In this document: positions 58,663 to 64,000 of the stretch, piece after piece
Numbering within the stretch: the first letter of the stretch is position 1
Layout of the letters: each line of letters opens with the position of its first letter
Source of the DNA: an uncultured Nitrospinaceae bacterium
Lineage (GTDB): Bacteria > UBA8248
Reading direction: 5' to 3'
Assembly (NCBI GenBank): GCA_964005815.1
Contig: CAXFSR010000043.1
Location: 32,001-96,000 of the forward strand
DNA length: 64,000 nucleotides
Notes under the pieces: model-generated
Database searches by the model: none
Told to the model about the DNA's origin: nothing
What the model saw: only the letters and a program-made list of their open reading frames with translations
Position numbers and translations under genes: made by a program

Positions 58663-59085
58663 ATGAAATTCGATCAAATAGAATACTTTTTAAAGGTAAA
58701 CCACAGAGGTGTGATTACCACAAAACAAAAAAATGGCGCCTTACATTCTAGTATTATCGTATGTGGAGCATTCAATGGAAAAGCTGCATTTGTTGCAGTA
58801 AGGGGAAAATCAGCAAAAGTAAGAAATTTAAGACAAGACACAAATTGTTCTCTCCTAGTAGTAAAAAATGACTGGAGAGAATGGATCAATTTAGAGGGAG
58901 AAGCACAACTCTTTGATTACCAAAACTCAGACCCAGAATATATGAGAAAACTTTTAAGAGAACTTTTCAATGTGTGTGGAGACGCAGAACATCCAGACTG
59001 GGAAGAATACGACAGGGCAATGGTCAAACAAGACGCGGTTGCTATTTTAATAAACCCAGTAAAGATTTATGGCCTAATACGATAA
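58663..59085 (+). CDS. PPOX-class oxidoreductase (F420-dependent-like)
   Basis: HRGVITT..NG, AKVRNLR.D, W..W...EG.A, EHPDWEEYDRAMV. Confidence 0.85.
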   Translation: MKFDQIEYFLKVNHRGVITTKQKNGALHSSIIVCGAFNGKAAFVAVRGKSAKVRNLRQDTNCSLLVVKNDWREWINLEGEAQLFDYQNSDPEYMRKLLRELFNVCGDAEHPDWEEYDRAMVKQDAVAILINPVKIYGLIR

Positions 59086-59090
59086 AAGAA

Positions 59091-59522
59091 TTACGCATCT
59101 ACTACCGCAACAACTTTGATCTCTATCAAACATCTTGGATCCGTCGCCGTCCTCACTATCTGCACCGTAGTTGAAGAAGGTCGATGATCTCCAAAAAATT
59201 CTCTTCTGACTTTTCTCATTTCCTCTTGTGTTGTCATATCTCTCAAAAACCAAACGGTATCAACAACATCACGCATAGTGCCACCTACTGACTCTAGGCT
59301 TTTTTTTACCTTTTCTAAAGCTGCACGAGTTTGTCCTTCCATGTCTTGTGGCATCTTGTCAAATTCCTCGGCTACGTGCGGATGGCTATGATAAGCCGGA
59401 GCTGCAGTTACCCCAGACAAGAAAATCATTTTACCACCGGTCACAGAAATGCCTGCAGGGTAATGATTCTTTTCAACAGGAGCATCATCCCAATCTACAA
59501 TTTCAATATGTTTATTTGTCAT
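59091..59522 (-). CDS. RidA/YjgF family protein lacking the catalytic Arg
   Basis: IFLSG, QTRAAL, GG...DVV, FFGDHRPSSTTVQI, LIEIKVVA. Confidence 0.82.
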   Translation of the reverse strand: MTNKHIEIVDWDDAPVEKNHYPAGISVTGGKMIFLSGVTAAPAYHSHPHVAEEFDKMPQDMEGQTRAALEKVKKSLESVGGTMRDVVDTVWFLRDMTTQEEMRKVRREFFGDHRPSSTTVQIVRTATDPRCLIEIKVVAVVDA

Positions 59523-59552
59523 CTTATTTCTCCACAAAAAAGATTAATGGGT

Positions 59553-59933
59553 TCAAGATTCATCTTCTTTCTTGAAATCAGGATTTCCTCTCCAGCCTTT
59601 ACGCACTGCGGAAAAATCTCTAGCCTCTCCATAACGCACCCTAAAAAGTACTGACCTCTCACTACCATTCTCATATTCGTGAACTTCGCCGCGAGGATGT
59701 ATAACAAAATCACCTGGAGACATTTCCACCACCTTTTCATCAGTTGTCATTTTGCCACCACCTTTAACACAGAAATATATTTCAGTTAAATGGGGATGAG
59801 CATGAATTGGACTAATTTGGCCAGGCTCCCAACAAGCAACCGTCACATCTCCTTCTTCGAATTGACCTACTATGTTTGCCACATGGTGATCATCATCATA
59901 CTTTTCCTCTTTTCCTATTGTAAAATTCAGCAT
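59553..59933 (-). CDS. Cupin domain protein
   Basis: WEPGQISPIHAHP...EIYFCVKG; PGDFVIHPRGEVH. Confidence 0.85.
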   Translation of the reverse strand: MLNFTIGKEEKYDDDHHVANIVGQFEEGDVTVACWEPGQISPIHAHPHLTEIYFCVKGGGKMTTDEKVVEMSPGDFVIHPRGEVHEYENGSERSVLFRVRYGEARDFSAVRKGWRGNPDFKKEDES

Positions 59934-59966
59934 AGTTTTCCCCTTCTAATTAAAAGCATCTTATTT

Positions 59967-61247
59967 TTAAACAGAAGCATTTTTATTTGGATCTCTATAA
60001 ACAACCAAAGTAAAGAAGATCACAACAACCATCCCAACAACTATACTCATAAAAGGAAACAGATAACTACCTGTATAGTCAAAAACAAAACCTGCGAAAG
60101 GGGGTCCAAGTACTCCACCTAAACCAAAAAACACCTCAAGAAATCCCATGGTTGAACCTAGTGTATTTCCCTTAAAAGAATCAGCTGCCATAGCAGAATA
60201 ACAAGAGGTCATCCCACCAAGTCCAATTCCAAAAATCAGTATGTATAAGATTGCAAGATAGATAGAGTTCCCAACAAAAACAAAACACATCAAAACTAAA
60301 ATTCCTATCCCAGTAAGTAATGCTGAAAGAGATTGAGCATTAGGTCTTCCAATATAATCACTACACCAACCCATAACGATACTTCCTGCAATTCTCACAA
60401 AACCGACAGACCCAAAAATTAATGCTGAAGAGGAACTAGAAAATTTTACATCCGTGAGATAAAGGTGTAGTTGACTAAAAATCATATTGTTATTCAGACC
60501 AATTAAAAAAACTGTAATTGTAAGAACCCAAAAATTTCTATCGTTTTTAAGTTTATTGTATATTTCCAAAAATCCAATTTTTTCCTTCTTGTCCTCTAGA
60601 ACAAGTTCGGTAGCAGAACCTTCTGGAAGTTCTTCTCCATCAATATTCTGTCCAATATCTTCAGGCTTGTTATAGAGGAAAAAATACACAATCGGAAAAA
60701 GCAAAAAGAGAACTGACGAACCCAATAGTAAATAAGTCCATCTCCAACCCACAAGAGAAATCGAATATTCAATTAAAGGAATTAGCATCAACATCCCTAT
60801 TCCACTTCCAGAAAGTGCGATACCTGTAGCAATTCCTCTCTTTTTATTAAACCATTTTGGAATAAGAGCACTATAAATAGGAAATCCACTCATGGCTATT
60901 CCCAAACCAACCAAAAGTGTAGGGAAAACAAAAACATGCCAAAGTTCAGAAATCAAGGAACTAAGAAGCATGCCAACGCCGTAAAAAATTGGACCCCAAA
61001 GCAAAACAAACCTTGGACCTTTGGTGTCAAACAATCTTCCTGTGAAAGGACAGGTAATAGCATAGGTCCCTAACATAATTGCATAGGCTGACCCTAAAAC
61101 TCCCCTTCCCCAACCAAATTCTTCAATCAAAGAAGTCTGAAAAATAGAAAAAGAAAAACGCACGGCAACTGAATAGGCCATACAGAAAAAAATTAAGGAA
61201 ACGATTGTCCATCCATAAAAGTAAAGCTTTTTTTTCATGACATCCAT
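59967..61247 (-). CDS. MFS transporter (OxlT/MCT-like)
   Basis: EFGWGR, GRLFDTKGPR, WFNKKRGIATGI..SGSG, GWRWTY, SDYIGR. Confidence 0.88.
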   Translation of the reverse strand: MDVMKKKLYFYGWTIVSLIFFCMAYSVAVRFSFSIFQTSLIEEFGWGRGVLGSAYAIMLGTYAITCPFTGRLFDTKGPRFVLLWGPIFYGVGMLLSSLISELWHVFVFPTLLVGLGIAMSGFPIYSALIPKWFNKKRGIATGIALSGSGIGMLMLIPLIEYSISLVGWRWTYLLLGSSVLFLLFPIVYFFLYNKPEDIGQNIDGEELPEGSATELVLEDKKEKIGFLEIYNKLKNDRNFWVLTITVFLIGLNNNMIFSQLHLYLTDVKFSSSSSALIFGSVGFVRIAGSIVMGWCSDYIGRPNAQSLSALLTGIGILVLMCFVFVGNSIYLAILYILIFGIGLGGMTSCYSAMAADSFKGNTLGSTMGFLEVFFGLGGVLGPPFAGFVFDYTGSYLFPFMSIVVGMVVVIFFTLVVYRDPNKNASV

Positions 61248-61393
61248 AAGGAAGTTTGAGAATTAAAAATAAAATGAATACAACTATTATGTGTAATACT
61301 TACAATTTTGTATAATCAGTTACAGTTTTAATTGAAATGACTATTTTTTAACTATTTCTGAATTTCAACAAAGTAAAATTGATGGAGAAAAAA

Positions 61394-61849
61394 ATGAATG
61401 ATTTTGAAGACATCCACGAAAAAACAAACGAACTTGTTACAGATGCAGGAAAAGGCCAACATCTATTTCGTATGAAAGAAATGGAATCCTATATGATTGG
61501 ACCTCATTATTCGACTTCCGAAGGCGCTGCTGTAAAAGGAACAAATATACAAATTGTATACGTTAACAAACCTAAAGGGACTGGCTCCAGACTTCATACT
61601 CACCCAAATGAACAGTTCAATTTTGTGATTAAAGGAAAATTAAAATACAAAGTAAATGACGAGGAAGGTATTGCTGGGCCGGGAGATCTAATCCATATAC
61701 CTGCAAACGCTGAACACTACTGCGTTACAACAGAAGAAGAAGATGCCATATATCTAGCATCAAAAGACACAACTTACTTTATAGCAGGTGATGCTACTGA
61801 TGGAGAAAAAAGCGGAGCCTTTTACGAAGAAGGATATCAACCAGAATAA
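61394..61849 (+). CDS. Cupin domain protein (same subfamily as the bicupin halves)
   Basis: GPHYSTSEG, HTHPNEQF, PGDLIHIPANAEH, SKDT...I.G. Confidence 0.85.
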   Translation: MNDFEDIHEKTNELVTDAGKGQHLFRMKEMESYMIGPHYSTSEGAAVKGTNIQIVYVNKPKGTGSRLHTHPNEQFNFVIKGKLKYKVNDEEGIAGPGDLIHIPANAEHYCVTTEEEDAIYLASKDTTYFIAGDATDGEKSGAFYEEGYQPE

Positions 61850-61851
61850 AA

Positions 61852-63024
61852 CTAAGATTCTTTTGGTATCTCCCAATCTTCTATGGAACCAAAAGCTGCA
61901 ATTACAAGAGATCTACATCTATCTCCGGGGGGATTCCCCTCCGGTTGGATGTTTGTACAATAACCGAAAGCTCGATTGTTTTCCCTATCACAAAATGTAT
62001 AAGCCCCTCCTGAACCTGCATGACCAAACGCCTTCATATTTCCGCCCATCGGCAGCATAGGTGGTGAGTTATGTAAAAAACCCAAACCGAAACGCCGAGG
62101 ACGATCAGTCATTGCGCAAATTCCTTCCCATTGCACAGGAGATAAAGCTTCAACTGTTTCAGGCTTAAGAATTCTAACCCCGTCTAATTCTCCATTATTT
62201 GCAAGCATCGCATATACTCTTGCTATACCCCTTGCATTTCCATGACCACCAGATGAAGGATTCAAGCCGACTCTATTCTCATGGGCATTTGTAAGATCAA
62301 TATTTTTAGGTCTACTTTTCCAAGATCTATTTAAATTCGAACCTTCTTTTTCCGCCATTTCCCAAAATTTATTTTCTGGATTTCGGTGCATGGGAGCCAC
62401 TAAAGCGAGTTCACGACCATTCAATCTAATATTGTATTCTGCACCTAAAGGCTCTGTAATTTCTTCTCTAATAAATTGATCGACAGTTCTTCCAGTTACG
62501 CGTCTTACTATCTCGCAATGTATAAACCCAAAATTTATCGAATTATAACCTGCTCTTGTTCCAGGTTCCCAAGCAGGTTCTTGCAATTCAATTGCATTTA
62601 TTTGTGCAGGATATCTAAAAAAATCACCTTCTTTGGCATTATCACAAAAAATCACCCCACATTGATGGCTTATCGTTTGCCTTATAGTAATATTTTCTTT
62701 TCCTGCCTGTCCAAATTCAGACCAATAATCAGCAACAGGAGAATCCAGAGAAACCATTTCTCTGTCCACCAAAACATGAACACACAATGCAGACATACTT
62801 TTTGCGATAGAAGACATTAACGTAATAGTATCTTCTGTCCAAGGTTGCGTACGATCCACATCACGATACCCACCCCACAAATCTACTACTTTACTTCCAC
62901 CTTCATATATACAGACAGCGGATCCTATTTCATTTCTAGAAACAAAGTTTTCGTAAAACTCATCTTTAACTGAAGAAAATCTCGGGTCACAAAATCCCTC
63001 GACCCTTATTTCTCGATCTGACAT
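61852..63024 (-). CDS. Serine hydrolase, beta-lactamase-like (family VIII esterase type)
   Basis: VVDLWGG, SxxK (SIAK), ISHQCG, WEPG...GY, AFGHAGSGG; no signal peptide. Confidence 0.88.
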   Translation of the reverse strand: MSDREIRVEGFCDPRFSSVKDEFYENFVSRNEIGSAVCIYEGGSKVVDLWGGYRDVDRTQPWTEDTITLMSSIAKSMSALCVHVLVDREMVSLDSPVADYWSEFGQAGKENITIRQTISHQCGVIFCDNAKEGDFFRYPAQINAIELQEPAWEPGTRAGYNSINFGFIHCEIVRRVTGRTVDQFIREEITEPLGAEYNIRLNGRELALVAPMHRNPENKFWEMAEKEGSNLNRSWKSRPKNIDLTNAHENRVGLNPSSGGHGNARGIARVYAMLANNGELDGVRILKPETVEALSPVQWEGICAMTDRPRRFGLGFLHNSPPMLPMGGNMKAFGHAGSGGAYTFCDRENNRAFGYCTNIQPEGNPPGDRCRSLVIAAFGSIEDWEIPKES

Positions 63025-63167
63025 AACAGATCCTCCATTAGAAGGTTTGAAAATACTCAAACTAAAAATATTTTTGACTTGTTTTTATTCTAAAATTAAC
63101 AATAGGATAACGCATACGCTTAGTTCCAGTGAAGTTTCTTTTAAATTTTTTGTCAAGAAAGTTCTGA

Positions 63168-64000
63168 ATGAATAAGAGAAAATATATTTTCACGGCTAAT
63201 GAATACGCTATTATCGTATATTGCTTTCTTTTGTTATCTGCTACATCATTCCTCAATTTCAATTTTGGAATATTCATTAAACCTCTAGAAGGTGAATTTC
63301 AATGGTCAAGAACTAGTATTTCTTCTGCATATTCTATCTACATGATCATTGGTTCATTTGCAGCAATTCTTACTGGAGAATTATCGGATAGATATGGAGC
63401 ACAAAAAATTATCCTAATAGGAATGCTTCTCAGTGGGCTATCCCTCTTTCTTGCATCCACTTTAAATACGATATGGGAATTCTACATATATATTGGTGTT
63501 TTAGCAGGATTGAGCAGAAGCGCTCTAAATACACCAATCTTCGCTTATATCCAAAAGACTTTTGATTACAAACGTGGATTAGCAACAGGCATAGCTGGCT
63601 CAGGTGGTGGTCTAGGCATTCTTATCATTACACCAGTAGTAGGATACTTAATCATTCACTACGGGTGGAGACCATCATACATAGTTCTCGCTTCTGTCTT
63701 CTTTGTTCTTTCAATACCAACATTAGCTATCATCTTACTCAGCAGAAAAAATCAGAGAACAACAGAGGCAGAGGAATCGCCTCCTGAAGAAAATATCTTG
63801 AGTGAATCAACACAGGGCATGAAAGTCATTATGAAACATAGGTCTTTTTGGTCTATCCTAGGAAGTCACAGTTGCGATTGTATTTGTCACTCCGTAATTA
63901 TTGTTCATCTGGTTCCTTTTGCTATTGAATCCGGAGTACCTCGACTTGAAGCAGCAACCCTTTTAGGGATGATAGGTCTAGGTGCACTTATAGGTAGAAT
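63168..64000 (+). CDS. MFS transporter (OxlT/MCT-like), truncated by window end
   Basis: Open frame MNKRKYIF...FGIFIKPLEGEFQWSRT...GELSDRYG...KRGLATGIAGSGGG...YGWR. Confidence 0.87.
   Translation, partial: MNKRKYIFTANEYAIIVYCFLLLSATSFLNFNFGIFIKPLEGEFQWSRTSISSAYSIYMIIGSFAAILTGELSDRYGAQKIILIGMLLSGLSLFLASTLNTIWEFYIYIGVLAGLSRSALNTPIFAYIQKTFDYKRGLATGIAGSGGGLGILIITPVVGYLIIHYGWRPSYIVLASVFFVLSIPTLAIILLSRKNQRTTEAEESPPEENILSESTQGMKVIMKHRSFWSILGSHSCDCICHSVIIVHLVPFAIESGVPRLEAATLLGMIGLGALIGR

Noticed and set aside
59553..59933. DMSP lyase (DddK/DddW-like) assignment for the cupin
   Set aside because: HAHPHLTEIY fits the generic cupin motif; there is no specific support without a search
61852..63024. Beta-lactam resistance gene
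   Set aside because: No signal peptide; VVDLWGG and WEPG motifs fit cytoplasmic family VIII esterases
1..64000. CRISPR arrays, IS elements, prophage or defence systems
   Set aside because: No regularly spaced repeats, transposase, integrase or phage-like ORFs seen; almost all sequence is accounted for by CDS

Overview
This is a gene-dense, AT-rich bacterial chromosomal segment with about 70 CDS. I saw no rRNA, tRNA, CRISPR array, IS element or prophage. Housekeeping genes (surE-pcm, secA, lgt, mobA, moeA, pckA, a YgfZ/GcvT protein) are interleaved with many small-molecule enzymes and transporters of unknown substrate: five EamA/DMT exporters, three MFS, five cupin proteins, three PPOX-like split-barrel proteins, an LLM, two CMD, two Rid, FAH, enolase, cyclase, amidase, nitrilase and CocE. 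Three multi-gene systems stand out. The first is an iron module (atypical DtxR-family regulator, hemP, Fe3+ ABC transporter) behind a sigma70 promoter whose spacer is a perfect 19-bp palindrome. The second is a GldA/GldF/GldG-like ABC system with a multi-DUF4340 protein. The third is a catabolic gene run embedded between lgt and secA. Most notable are the DtxR variant, which lacks the ancillary metal ligands and has gained a C-terminal four-Cys motif; four cytoplasmic phosphotransfer enzymes that are strongly basic while neighbouring cytoplasmic enzymes are acidic; and several enzymes with substituted catalytic residues (acyl-CoA dehydrogenase, nitrilase, Rid, cyclase). Gene content is compatible with a streamlined Gram-negative aquatic heterotroph; the lineage is not determined. 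All calls come from motif recognition by eye, without database searches, and residue counts are hand counts.
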